A stretch of DNA of 32,000 bases from Erysipelotrichaceae bacterium (GTDB lineage: Bacteria > Bacillota_I > Bacilli_A > Erysipelotrichales > Erysipelotrichaceae), in the NCBI GenBank assembly GCA_963676105.1, contig OY781039.1, positions 510,001 through 542,000 on the forward strand. Reading direction: 5' to 3'. The stretch's first letter is position 1; each line of letters begins with the position of its first letter. A model generated the notes under the pieces. That model did not search any database, had not been told where the DNA came from, and saw nothing but the letters and a program-made list of their open reading frames with translations. Both the position numbers and the translations under genes were made by a program. This document shows, in pieces, positions 1 to 8,646 of the stretch.

Positions 1-22
1 GACTGAAACTAAGTCACTAACA

Positions 23-433
23 CTAAATACGTTTTGGCTCATAGGCATCAAGTACAGCGTTGATATATGGATATGATTCTTCGTCAGAATAAGTTTTAGT
101 TAGTCTAATGGCTTCATCAATAATAACGGCTTTATCATCATCACCTAAATCCATTTCGCTTAAAGCTAATAAAAGAATCGCTTGTTCGACATAAGAAAGT
201 CTTTCAAACGTCCAATTCTTCAAATGTTTGTTAATTGAAAGAATATATTCATCTTCATGAAGTTCTAAATGATTTAAAATGTCTAAAATATAAGAAGTCC
301 CACTTGGTTTCATTAGGGCACCTTCTTCGTCAATTAATCTAAAAATTGGTTTAGAAATAACCAAGTGACTATAAATGTATTTCATGACACGTTTTCTAAG
401 ATCATGTCTTTTACTAATTTCTTTGCGTTCCAT
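23..433 (-). CDS. nusB: Transcription antitermination factor NusB
   Basis: 136-aa ORF. The C-terminal half (NWTFERLSYVEQAILLLALSEM ... DEAIRLTKTY ... INAVLDAY) matches the NusB pattern as I recall it from B. subtilis. It lies directly downstream of an Asp23-family gene, as in the yqhY-nusB arrangement. Confidence 0.9.
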   Translation of the reverse strand: MERKEISKRHDLRKRVMKYIYSHLVISKPIFRLIDEEGALMKPSGTSYILDILNHLELHEDEYILSINKHLKNWTFERLSYVEQAILLLALSEMDLGDDDKAVIIDEAIRLTKTYSDEESYPYINAVLDAYEPKRI

Positions 434-460
434 ATCGTTTAAATCCTACCACATTCCATG

Positions 461-482
461 AAAAAACGCCCTACTGGGCGTT
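461..482 (-). terminator. Intrinsic terminator-like hairpin between the Asp23-family gene and nusB
   Basis: Minus-strand RNA AACGCCC-AGUA-GGGCGUU followed by further U residues (six consecutive U after GGGCG). The TAG stop of the upstream gene (471-473) lies at the stem/loop junction. Confidence 0.6.
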
Positions 483-812
483 GAAATAAAAACCATCAAC
501 CTTTATATTGATACGATCGCATTTAAATCCGGTCATATATTCAATATTTTGGGCAATTTTTTCTTGAACACTCGTAGTCACTTCATTAACATTTTGGCCA
601 TATAAGACTTTTACACTTAAATCGATTATCAAATCATTTTCTTCGATTTTAGTGTGAACGTCACTTTGACCTCTACGTTCAATTAACTGAACATTTTCAA
701 CTTCTTCAGATGCGTTAATCGCAATCATGTTGAAGACTTGTTTTTGAATGTGTACTCCGCCATATTTGTTTTGTTCGCTGAGTAAAATAAAATCCTGTGC
801 TTGTGTTTTCAT
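471..812 (-). CDS. Asp23/Gls24-family (alkaline shock, YqhY-like) protein
   Basis: The ORF track gives 471..815 with a TTG first codon. I prefer the ATG at 810-812 (MKTQAQDF...). Size, composition and position upstream of nusB fit the DUF322/Asp23 family. There is no SD upstream. Confidence 0.75.
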   Translation of the reverse strand: MKTQAQDFILLSEQNKYGGVHIQKQVFNMIAINASEEVENVQLIERRGQSDVHTKIEENDLIIDLSVKVLYGQNVNEVTTSVQEKIAQNIEYMTGFKCDRINIKVDGFYFNAQ

Positions 813-835
813 CAAAGAAATTATAGCACAGGATT
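791..835. repeat. Perfect 11-bp inverted repeat AATCCTGTGCT (791-801) / AGCACAGGATT (825-835) with a 23-nt spacer
   Basis: Read directly from the sequence. The two arms are exact reverse complements, and both strands have T-rich tracts 3' of the hairpin. The spacer contains the Asp23-family start codon and a TATAAT box. Confidence 0.8.
820..828 (-). promoter_or_regulatory. Extended -10 promoter element TGcTATAAT
   Basis: The minus strand reads TGCTATAAT. Seven nt separate the hexamer from the ATG at 812. The -35 region is poor (CCCTAA). Confidence 0.4.
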
Positions 836-857
836 AATTTTTTTAGGGTTTTTTAAC

Positions 858-1628
858 TTATTCTTCTGGGAACCAAGTAGCGTTGATCTCAGCTAAAGTT
901 CCGTTTGCTTCTAGTGTAGCGATTGCTTCGTTAACTTTTGCGACCCATTCAGAACCTTTAGGGAATGCTAAAGCAGTACCAGCTTTACCATCAAGACCTT
1001 CAGCTTCTAACATGAATGTCATTAATGCTTCATTTTCATCAGCATATGTTTGTGCATTTGTACTATCGATAACAAGGGCATCTACACGATCATTAAGAAT
1101 ATCTTGAATGATTGTGTTGAATGTTTGATAAGTTACAATTTCAAATCCATAAGCATCAGCTATTGAATTCATAGCTGATTCTTGAACAGTACCAGTTTGA
1201 ACACCAATTACTTTACCTTGTAAATCATCAATTGTTGAGAAACCATCTTCAACTTTAACAACAGCTTGGTATAAGTTACCATCAGCTTTATAGATATCTG
1301 AGAAATCTACAGATTTTTTACGTTCTTCAGAAACGTTCATACCAGAAATAGCCATGTCACCTTGATTTGCAGAGATTGCCGCTACAATACCATCAAAGCT
1401 TTGTTCTTTCCATTCAACTTGAACACCCATTTCAGCCGCAAGTGCTTCCATAAGATCAATATCGAAACCTTCGAAAGTTCCATCAGCTGCTACAGACTCA
1501 TATGGTGGGTAGTCAGGTGAAGTTAAAACAACGATTGTTTCCATTTCAACGACTTCTTCTTCAGCAGGTGCACTAGAACAAGCACCTAAGAATAATGCTA
1601 AACCTAAAATTACTAATAATTTTTTCAT
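858..1628 (-). CDS. Amino-acid ABC transporter substrate-binding lipoprotein (polar amino acid family)
   Basis: Signal peptide with lipobox MKKLLVILGLALFLGAC, then a type-3 SBP fold pattern (YPPYE ... GFDIDL ... ISGM). The start is set at MKKLL (1628), which follows a GGAGGA SD. The ORF track start at 1643 is probably an upstream extension. Confidence 0.85.
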   Translation of the reverse strand: MKKLLVILGLALFLGACSSAPAEEEVVEMETIVVLTSPDYPPYESVAADGTFEGFDIDLMEALAAEMGVQVEWKEQSFDGIVAAISANQGDMAISGMNVSEERKKSVDFSDIYKADGNLYQAVVKVEDGFSTIDDLQGKVIGVQTGTVQESAMNSIADAYGFEIVTYQTFNTIIQDILNDRVDALVIDSTNAQTYADENEALMTFMLEAEGLDGKAGTALAFPKGSEWVAKVNEAIATLEANGTLAEINATWFPEE

Positions 1629-1649
1629 AATCTTTTCCTCCATTTTCTC

Positions 1650-2372
1650 TTAGATCATGTTTGCTAAGAACTCTTGTGCCCTCTCAGTTTGTGGCTTCTT
1701 AAAGAATTCCTCGCTAGGTGTAACTTCTAATATTTCCGTATTGTTCATATAAACAATATAATCGGAGACTTCTTTGGCAAACTTAATTTCGTGAGTCACG
1801 ATAATATTTGTCATGCCGGTATTTGTTAATTGCTTAATAACTTTAAGTACTTCTTGAGTCATTTCTGGATCAAGTGCACTTGTTGGCTCATCAAACAATA
1901 AACTTTCTGGATGCATCGCTAGAGCGCGTGCAATCGCAACACGTTGTTGCTCACCACCACTAAGTTGATGTGGATAGTTATATAAACGATGACCTAAACC
2001 AACGTTTTCCAGCTGTTTCTTAGCTTCTGCATTCGCATCAGCTTTACTCATGCCTTTAACTTTAATTAATGCAAAGGCAACGTTATCAATCGCTTTTAAA
2101 TGAGCGAATAGATTGAAGTTTTGGAAGACCATTCCAATTCGTTCTCGGATTTTTGTCAATTGTGTTTTCTCTTTAACAAGATCAACACCATCAACAAGAA
2201 CCTCCCCACTACTAGGTGTTTCTAGTAGATTTATACATCTGAGTAAGGTTGATTTACCTGCTCCAGAAGATCCAATAATCGCATAAGTTTTATGTGGTTC
2301 AAATTCAATATTTACGTTTTTGAGAACAGTGACATCACCAAACTTCTTACTAACATTAACAAGTTTAATCAT
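1650..2372 (-). CDS. Amino-acid ABC transporter ATP-binding protein (GlnQ/ArtM-like)
   Basis: Walker [10 protein letters not shown], signature [15 protein letters not shown], Walker [12 protein letters not shown]. The ATG at 2370-2372 overlaps the permease stop by 8 nt. Confidence 0.92.
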   Translation of the reverse strand: MIKLVNVSKKFGDVTVLKNVNIEFEPHKTYAIIGSSGAGKSTLLRCINLLETPSSGEVLVDGVDLVKEKTQLTKIRERIGMVFQNFNLFAHLKAIDNVAFALIKVKGMSKADANAEAKKQLENVGLGHRLYNYPHQLSGGEQQRVAIARALAMHPESLLFDEPTSALDPEMTQEVLKVIKQLTNTGMTNIIVTHEIKFAKEVSDYIVYMNNTEILEVTPSEEFFKKPQTERAQEFLANMI

Positions 2373-3018
2373 ATGCAATCTTCCCTTCTAAATACTTACC
2401 TACATTACTTAAGATAATATTTAATATTAAGTACATTGCCCCAACGACAATCATTGGTTCAAAGAAACGATAGGTTGCAGCTGAAACAATTTGTTGACGA
2501 CGCATAATATCTGTCAAAGTAATGGTTGAAACAACTGATGTTTCTTTAACTAAAGTAATAAATTCATTCATAATTGCAGGCAATACGTTATGTAATGCTT
2601 GAGGAATAATAATATGAAGTGAAATATCTAAATTACTTACCCCTAATGCATGAGCTGCTTCAATTTGTCCTTTATTAATGGATTCAATTCCAGCTCTTAA
2701 GATTTCAGAAAGGTATGCACTTGAGTTAAGTGAGAATACGACAATTGCTGAAACATAAGGGGTTGGCATCCAACCTGTAATTTGAGGAATCCCATAATGG
2801 AAGAAAGCCAATTGGAATAAGATTGGTGTTCCTCTAAAGAAATCCACCCAGATTTTTAGAATTAATTTAAGTAATCCTTTTTTACGTGTACCAAAACTGA
2901 TTAATAATCCGACAATAGATCCGATAATGGCAGTCGCAAACGCTACTTTTAAAGTAACCCAAGCACCACCAAGCATATACGGTAAATATTCAATAATGGG
3001 ATCAAAATTAATATTCAA
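2365..3018 (-). CDS. Amino-acid ABC transporter permease (HisM/GlnP/ArtQ-like)
   Basis: 217 aa, multi-TM, with an EAA-type loop (IEAAHALGVS). TTG start at 3016-3018 preceded by AAGGAG (3026-3031). Confidence 0.9.
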   Translation of the reverse strand: MNINFDPIIEYLPYMLGGAWVTLKVAFATAIIGSIVGLLISFGTRKKGLLKLILKIWVDFFRGTPILFQLAFFHYGIPQITGWMPTPYVSAIVVFSLNSSAYLSEILRAGIESINKGQIEAAHALGVSNLDISLHIIIPQALHNVLPAIMNEFITLVKETSVVSTITLTDIMRRQQIVSAATYRFFEPMIVVGAMYLILNIILSNVGKYLEGKIAYD

Positions 3019-3040
3019 TGCTTTTCTCCTTTTGTGTCCA

Positions 3041-3284
3041 ATAAATAAAAAACGCCCTTATAAACAAAGGACGTATATTGTACGCGGTACCACCTTAATT
3101 TCATATCCAAGTGTTTAAGATATGACATCTCTTAGCTTTAACGCAAGCTTTACGGAATACCCTCGTAAACATTTGAGTATTCAGCTCCTAAGCACGTTCA
3201 TTTCTTATTAAGTCTTGCCTTTCACCAACCGCAAGTCGCTTTTACCTTAAGGGAAGAAACTACTCCTCTTATTCAACGCTTATG
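3041..3284 (-). ncRNA. T-box riboswitch leader (specifier read as CGU = Arg)
   Basis: The minus strand shows Stem I with a K-turn, AGGAGUA, an AG bulge (AAAGCGA) and a distal loop (GGUUGGUGAAAG). The specifier loop is GAA-CGU-G (CGU at 3194-3196). The T-box sequence is AAUUAAGGUGGUACCGCG (3083-3100). The antiterminator AAGG[UGGUACC]GCGUA-CAAUA-UACGU-CCUU competes with a terminator. Confidence 0.85.
3047..3074 (-). terminator. T-box expression-platform terminator
   Basis: ACGUCCUU-UGUUUAU-AAGGGCGU (one G.U pair) followed by UUUUUAUUUAU. The 5' arm is shared with the antiterminator. Confidence 0.8.
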
Positions 3285-3290
3285 TAGCAC

Positions 3291-3318
3291 ATTATACAGT
3301 GCTTTTTTAAACATGCAA
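3291..3318 (-). promoter_or_regulatory. Sigma-A-type promoter for the T-box/ABC transporter operon
   Basis: TTGCAT (3313-3318), a 16-nt spacer, then TATAAT (3291-3296). The predicted TSS is near 3284, just before Stem I. Confidence 0.5.
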
Positions 3319-3344
3319 GACTTTTCAGAAAAAATTTTACATTT

Positions 3345-4283
3345 TTAGTCTAAATCTTCGGAATTATGTGCCCTACATTCATTTTCATCGAGTTTTAATT
3401 GAGCGATCAAGCCATCTAAAGTATTAAACTTAATTTCACCTCTAATATAATGCTTAAATAAAAATGTTACTTCACGATCATAAATATCATGATCATAATC
3501 AAATATATGTGCCTCAATCGAAACAACGTGATCATCTGTAACAGTTGGATTATATCCAACCCCTATCATACTAGAATATTGAAGGCCATCAATTTCAACA
3601 AAGCCTGAGTAAACACCAATTTTGGGTACAAGATATTCAGATTCAATTGATAAATTTGCAGTAGGATAACCAATGGTTCGACCAATTTGGCGACCCTTCA
3701 CAACAATCCCTTTTAAACCATAAGTACGACCAAGTAAACGTTCTGCTTCATGTACATGACCTAGATTAATGGCTTCTTTAATGCGTGTTGTACTGATCTT
3801 AGATCCTTCATAATCTACTTCGTTTACAATCTCAACATGAAATGTTTCATTTTGAGCATTAAGTAAATCACTTGTTTTACCCTTACCTTTATCACCAAAG
3901 TTAAAGTCAAAGCCACATACTAAGTCTTCAATATGTACTTTTTGGATAAGTTCAATAAAATCATCTGGCTGCATACTTGCCATCGCTTGATTGAATTCAA
4001 TCGTAATCCATAAATCAAATCCATATTTTTCAGCTAAATCGCGTCGATCTTTTAAACTCGTTAAATGTTGTATTTTAGCTTTTGGATTTAAAACAACTAG
4101 TGGATCTGGTGAAAAGCTAATAATTCCACTTAAGTTATTGTGTTCTTTTGCTAAAGATAAGGTTTTATTGAATAAAGCCTGATGGCCTAAATGAAAGCCA
4201 TCAAAATAACCAATGCAAGCTGAAATAGGCTTGCTTGCTGGTGCATGTATTGTTGATGTAATGATTAAATCTTGCATTACCAT
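3345..4283 (-). CDS. ribF: Bifunctional riboflavin kinase / FAD synthetase
   Basis: 312 aa. N-terminal nucleotidyltransferase motif GYFDGFHLGHQ and C-terminal riboflavin kinase motifs (PTANL ... GVY ... NPT). Lies downstream of truB as in the conserved truB-ribF pair. Confidence 0.92.
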   Translation of the reverse strand: MVMQDLIITSTIHAPASKPISACIGYFDGFHLGHQALFNKTLSLAKEHNNLSGIISFSPDPLVVLNPKAKIQHLTSLKDRRDLAEKYGFDLWITIEFNQAMASMQPDDFIELIQKVHIEDLVCGFDFNFGDKGKGKTSDLLNAQNETFHVEIVNEVDYEGSKISTTRIKEAINLGHVHEAERLLGRTYGLKGIVVKGRQIGRTIGYPTANLSIESEYLVPKIGVYSGFVEIDGLQYSSMIGVGYNPTVTDDHVVSIEAHIFDYDHDIYDREVTFLFKHYIRGEIKFNTLDGLIAQLKLDENECRAHNSEDLD

Positions 4284-5116
4284 AAACCTCTTAAACTTCT
4301 ATAATTTTGAGCTTGTTCGTCATATTCGTAAACAGCTAATAATTTTGATTCATAAACAATGGAAATCCGTTCTTCGATATAGTCATGAACAAAGCGTTTT
4401 CCATGATAGAAAATCGTTGGATCATCTACTTCTACTTGTGGGTAATCAATTAAATTGAGTGGATCAAGCCATTGAATTGTATCATATTTAACATTTTCTA
4501 AGTCGATTGCCTGATCCAATGTTAAATCTTCTATCTGAACACGATTTAAACTTGATAATGTTCCTAACATATTTAATCGACTTGCGATATCTTCACATAA
4601 GACGCGAATATAAGTTCCACTAGAAACATGAGCTCTAAAGGACAAACCATTTTCAATCTGTTTTAACTGTAGATCAAAAACCTCAATATCTCGAGCTTCA
4701 CGCTCTATTTCTATGCCTTCTCTGGCATATTCATATAAACGTTTACCTTTAACTGATATGGCAGATACCATCGGAGGTATTTGTTTTTGTGGACCTAGAA
4801 AAGATGCTGTAACTTGTTCAATATCATCTTGATTAATATTGATGACTTCCCCTTCTTCAATCACTTCACCCCAAATATCAGCGGTAGAAGTTTTTATCCC
4901 AAACTGCATCGTTCCTTCATAAACTTTACTTTGATGAACGATAAAAGGTAAAAGTTTGGTCGCATTGCCAACTAAAATAATCATTAGACCACTTGCGTTG
5001 GGATCAAGGGTTCCCGTATGACCAATTTTTTTAGTATTAAGTTTTTTTCTTAGAATTGTGACAACATCAAAAGAGGTCATCCCAACAGGTTTATTGATAC
5101 AAAATAGTCCATTCAT
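4277..5116 (-). CDS. truB: tRNA pseudouridine(55) synthase
   Basis: 279 aa. Catalytic motif GHTGTLDPNASG, TruB family length and synteny. Confidence 0.92.
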   Translation of the reverse strand: MNGLFCINKPVGMTSFDVVTILRKKLNTKKIGHTGTLDPNASGLMIILVGNATKLLPFIVHQSKVYEGTMQFGIKTSTADIWGEVIEEGEVININQDDIEQVTASFLGPQKQIPPMVSAISVKGKRLYEYAREGIEIEREARDIEVFDLQLKQIENGLSFRAHVSSGTYIRVLCEDIASRLNMLGTLSSLNRVQIEDLTLDQAIDLENVKYDTIQWLDPLNLIDYPQVEVDDPTIFYHGKRFVHDYIEERISIVYESKLLAVYEYDEQAQNYRSLRGLW

Positions 5117-5171
5117 ATTGTTTTAAGTTCCTTAGGTATTATACAATACATCAGGAAATGCTAGGTTTATT

Positions 5172-5909
5172 ATGAAGAAATTAATTAAGAAAATTGCAGA
5201 TGCAGATAAAGATTATCAATTAATAGAAGAAAATGATCGTATTGCGGTTGGTATTTCGGGTGGAAAAGACTCAAGTCTTTTACTAATTGCTTTAGAACTT
5301 TATCGACGCAAATCACGTAAGAATTTTACACTCGTAGGCATCCACATCAATATGGGGTTTGGTGAAGATGATATGTCACCCTTAAAAGAAATATTTGATT
5401 CTTATCAAATTGAAGTACATTATATCCCTTCTCAGTTATCAGAAATCCTTGAGAAAAACATAAAAAAAGATGTTGTTCAATGTTCTCTTTGTTCAAAGCT
5501 TAAAAAAGGTGCTGTTATCCAAGAAGCATTAAAGTTTGATTGTAATAAAGTTGCCTTTGCCCATCATGCCGATGATGCGATAGAAACCTTATTCTTAAAT
5601 GCAATGTATGGTTCTCGTTTAGCTACATTTGATCCAAAAATGTACATGTCAGAAACAAAGGTATTCTTTATAAGACCTTTTGTCTACGTTAAAGAACAAG
5701 AAATTATCTATCATACAAGTGAGTTAAACATTCCAAAGATTAAATCAGGTTGTCCAGTAGATGGTTTAACAAAGCGTCAAACCATAAAAGATATTCTAAA
5801 CAATATCTATGATGAAATACCTGATGCTCATGATAACTTTATCCGTATGTTAAGTAATCAAAAACAGTTACATCTTTGGCATAAAATTGAATCTGAAAAA
5901 GAAAAGTGA
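5172..5909 (+). CDS. ttcA: PP-loop ATPase, TtcA-like tRNA 2-thiolation enzyme
   Basis: PP-loop SGGKDS. CSLC plus a distal GCP cysteine give the three-Cys pattern of Fe-S TtcA/TtuA enzymes. 245 aa. One of only two plus-strand genes in the window. Confidence 0.7.
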   Translation: MKKLIKKIADADKDYQLIEENDRIAVGISGGKDSSLLLIALELYRRKSRKNFTLVGIHINMGFGEDDMSPLKEIFDSYQIEVHYIPSQLSEILEKNIKKDVVQCSLCSKLKKGAVIQEALKFDCNKVAFAHHADDAIETLFLNAMYGSRLATFDPKMYMSETKVFFIRPFVYVKEQEIIYHTSELNIPKIKSGCPVDGLTKRQTIKDILNNIYDEIPDAHDNFIRMLSNQKQLHLWHKIESEKEK

Positions 5910-5924
5910 GTCGAACTCACTTTT
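5902..5924. terminator. Bidirectional intrinsic terminator shared by ttcA-like and rbfA
   Basis: AAAAGTGAGT-CGA-ACTCACTTTT with T tracts on both strands. Both TGA stops (5907-5909 plus strand, 5917-5919 minus strand) lie inside the stem. Confidence 0.7.
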
Positions 5925-6249
5925 TTAAATCTGATAAAATCGAATCAATCTTTTGACCTTCTTTGAAACTAGGATCAATCTCAAAGATAAGTTCTGGAAT
6001 TTTTCGAATTTGTAATTTTTTGCCTAATTGGCCTCTGAAACGTTTTGCGTATTTGTTTAATATTTCCAGTTGAGTCCCCTCAGCTTTATTTAAGAAACTA
6101 ACGTAAACCTTACAGAATGAATAATCATTGCTTAAATGCACACCACTAACCGTCACAAAGCCTAATTTTTCATCCTTTATTTGGAATTCAATCATTTCAG
6201 AGACTTCTTTTTGAATCACATTGGCAATGCGTTCTTGACGGATGCCCAT
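5917..6249 (-). CDS. rbfA: Ribosome-binding factor A
   Basis: 110 aa, RbfA-like N-terminus (RIANVIQKEVSEMI), immediately downstream of infB. Confidence 0.9.
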   Translation of the reverse strand: MGIRQERIANVIQKEVSEMIEFQIKDEKLGFVTVSGVHLSNDYSFCKVYVSFLNKAEGTQLEILNKYAKRFRGQLGKKLQIRKIPELIFEIDPSFKEGQKIDSILSDLKK

Positions 6250-6252
6250 TTT

Positions 6253-8085
6253 TTACTCGACCTCGACTTCTTGATCTTCAAAGGCTTCGAAAATATCGCC
6301 TTCTTTTATGTCATTAAAGTTTTCAACGGTAATACCACATTCATAACCTGATGCAACTTCTTTAGCATCGTTTTTGAAGCGTTTTAAACTAGAAATCGCA
6401 CTTGTATAGATAACGGTACCATCACGTAACACGCGAACTTTCGCATCCTTAGTAATCTTACCATCAGTGACCATACATCCTGCAATCGTCCCAATCTTAG
6501 ATACTTTGAATGTTTGACGTACCTCAGCTTGACCTAAGATAACTTCTTCATAGACAGGTGCTAAGAGACCTTTCATAGCTTTTTCAATTTGATCAATTAC
6601 GTTATAAATGATGGAGTGAAGACGAATTTCAATTCCTTCTTCTTCAGCTTTCTTACGTACAGCTGCGGTAGGACGAACATTAAATCCAATAATAAGTGCA
6701 CCTGAAGCAGCTGCTAACATAACATCTGATTCAGTAATACCACCAACTGTTGAGCGAATAACATTAACACGAACTGTTTCAACATCGATTTTTTCTAAAG
6801 ATTGTTTTAGAGCTTCAGCAGAACCTTGAACGTCTGCTTTAACAATAACTTTAACTTCTTGAAGATTACCTTCAGCAATCGCTGATGATAATTCATCTAA
6901 GCTAACATTTGTATTTGATCGACGATCAGCTTCAGTCTTGTCTTGAAGTCTAGATTCACCAACACTACGTGCTTTCTTTTCACTCTTAAAGGCACGATAT
7001 GGGTCACCCGCAATAGGAACATCATTTAAACCTGTTATTTCTACAGGTGTTGAAGGAAGCGCTTCGGTGATTTCACGACCCTTATCATCTAACATCTGAC
7101 GAACACGTCCAAAACATGCACCAACAACGAGAGGATCACCTTTTTTAAGGGTTCCGTTTTGGACAAGTAAAGTAGTCACTGGTCCACGACCTTTATCTAA
7201 CTTAGCTTCAATAACTGTACCCGTAGATAAACGATTTGGATTTGCTTTAAATTCTTCAACTTCAGCAATAACTAAGATTGATTCTAATAATTCATCTAAG
7301 CCTTGGTTTTTAAGGGCTGAAATTTTGATAAACATGGTTTTTCCACCCCATTCTTCAGGAACAAGGTCTAAATCTGCCATTTCATTCATAATACGATCTG
7401 GATTAACATTAGGTTTATCCATTTTATTAACCGCAACAATAATAGGAACACCAGATGCTTTCGCATGGTCCACCGCTTCTTTTGTTTGAGGCATAACACC
7501 ATCATCTGCCGCTACTACGATAACAACGATATCAGTAACTTGCGCACCACGAGCACGCATAGAAGTAAATGCTTCGTGTCCTGGCGTATCTAAAAAGGTT
7601 AACTTTTTATCTTTAACTTTTACTTGATATGCACCGATATGTTGTGTAATTCCCCCTGCTTCACCTTCCGCAACATTTGCTTTACGTAAAGTATCTAATA
7701 AGGTTGTTTTACCATGGTCAACATGACCCATGATAGTAACAATCGCAGGACGTTCTACTAAATCTTTTGGATCATCAGCAACTTCATCCTCTAAACTATT
7801 TTCTTCTTCAATCTCTTCTAGGGTTGCTTCAACGTCATACTCTAAACAAATGAGTTCAACGGTTTCTACATCTAAGTTAGTGTTGATGGTCACCATTTTA
7901 CCTAACATAAAGAGAATTTTAATAATATCACTTGAGTTTCGATTTAGTTTATCGGCTAATTCACTAACAGTAATCCCATCCGTATAAGTGATCGCTTTGA
8001 CCACCTCCGGACGTGGTTTAAACTCCGTATTTTTTTTGTTTGACTGTTTCTTACGATGAGTACGTCTAACTCTAGATTTTGCCAT
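6253..8085 (-). CDS. infB: Translation initiation factor IF-2
   Basis: GTPase motifs [17 protein letters not shown], and the full IF-2 C-terminal domains. The ORF track starts at a GTG (8094). The ATG at 8083-8085 (MAKSRV...) follows AGGTGAAGGA and looks more canonical. Confidence 0.93.
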   Translation of the reverse strand: MAKSRVRRTHRKKQSNKKNTEFKPRPEVVKAITYTDGITVSELADKLNRNSSDIIKILFMLGKMVTINTNLDVETVELICLEYDVEATLEEIEEENSLEDEVADDPKDLVERPAIVTIMGHVDHGKTTLLDTLRKANVAEGEAGGITQHIGAYQVKVKDKKLTFLDTPGHEAFTSMRARGAQVTDIVVIVVAADDGVMPQTKEAVDHAKASGVPIIVAVNKMDKPNVNPDRIMNEMADLDLVPEEWGGKTMFIKISALKNQGLDELLESILVIAEVEEFKANPNRLSTGTVIEAKLDKGRGPVTTLLVQNGTLKKGDPLVVGACFGRVRQMLDDKGREITEALPSTPVEITGLNDVPIAGDPYRAFKSEKKARSVGESRLQDKTEADRRSNTNVSLDELSSAIAEGNLQEVKVIVKADVQGSAEALKQSLEKIDVETVRVNVIRSTVGGITESDVMLAAASGALIIGFNVRPTAAVRKKAEEEGIEIRLHSIIYNVIDQIEKAMKGLLAPVYEEVILGQAEVRQTFKVSKIGTIAGCMVTDGKITKDAKVRVLRDGTVIYTSAISSLKRFKNDAKEVASGYECGITVENFNDIKEGDIFEAFEDQEVEVE

Positions 8086-8380
8086 ATCCTTCACCTACTT
8101 TCTCACAAAATTCTTTAGCCATTGTGACATCTAAGATACCAACAGCGGCTACGACTTGACCCATTACATCGACTAAGTCATTGCCATCAAATGATTCAAT
8201 AACTTGGATTTTGTAAAAGGCACATTTATCTTTGACCTGTTTTTGACTACGTTTTGAGGCATTGGTATTAAGTATGACCAATTTTACTTCTTGAGATCTA
8301 ATTTTTTCAAACAAACGGGCACCAACGACACACACATTTGCTTTACGCATTAGACCTAAGAAAGCTTTACTTTGATCCAT
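8072..8380 (-). CDS. ylxQ: L7Ae-family RNA-binding protein YlxQ
   Basis: 102 aa, positioned between ylxR and infB as in Bacillus. Overlaps both neighbours. Confidence 0.8.
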   Translation of the reverse strand: MDQSKAFLGLMRKANVCVVGARLFEKIRSQEVKLVILNTNASKRSQKQVKDKCAFYKIQVIESFDGNDLVDVMGQVVAAVGILDVTMAKEFCEKVGEGYGKI

Positions 8381-8630
8381 TAACCAATTCTTCTAAAGCG
8401 TCATAAACAGAATCAGGAATACTACATTCAAGAGCTTTCGCTAAAGCTCCTTTTTTACGAGCAATTTGTATCGCCTCGCTCGTTTTTAATAAATAGGCAC
8501 CCCGACCATTTGCTTTACCACTGACATCAAGGACAACCTCTCCATCAGGTGTACGAACGATTCGAATCAAATCTTTTTTCGGGGCTTGTGTGTGCGTTGC
8601 TACACAGCGACGCATAGGAATTTTTTTCAT
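8367..8630 (-). CDS. ylxR: YlxR/DUF448 RNA-binding protein
   Basis: 87 aa with the MRRC ... GRGAY motif typical of YlxR, directly downstream of nusA. Confidence 0.85.
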   Translation of the reverse strand: MKKIPMRRCVATHTQAPKKDLIRIVRTPDGEVVLDVSGKANGRGAYLLKTSEAIQIARKKGALAKALECSIPDSVYDALEELVNGSK

Positions 8631-8646
8631 CGAATCCTCCTTTTAA

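Noticed and set aside
3199-3201. Alternative T-box specifier AUG (Met), read from GAA-AUG-A in the Stem I 3' strand.
   Set aside because: That segment (AAGAAAU) pairs with GUUUCUU on the 5' strand. The unpaired loop that aligns with the glyQS specifier region is the following GAA-CGU-G, which is closed by the UAAG/CUUA pairing and the K-turn.
3319-3344. Looked for a ribF terminator, or an FMN or other riboswitch, between ribF and the T-box promoter.
   Set aside because: The gap is only about 25 nt of A/T-rich sequence (TTTTCTGAAAAG) and has no stable hairpin. Nothing there can be supported.
5117-5171. Palindromic TATTAT/TATAAT (5137-5143) in the truB / ttcA-like divergent gap, as possible overlapping divergent promoters.
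   Set aside because: Neither orientation has a convincing -35 or TG extension. The minus-strand version would also start transcription downstream of the only SD-like sequence. I cannot support this from sequence alone.
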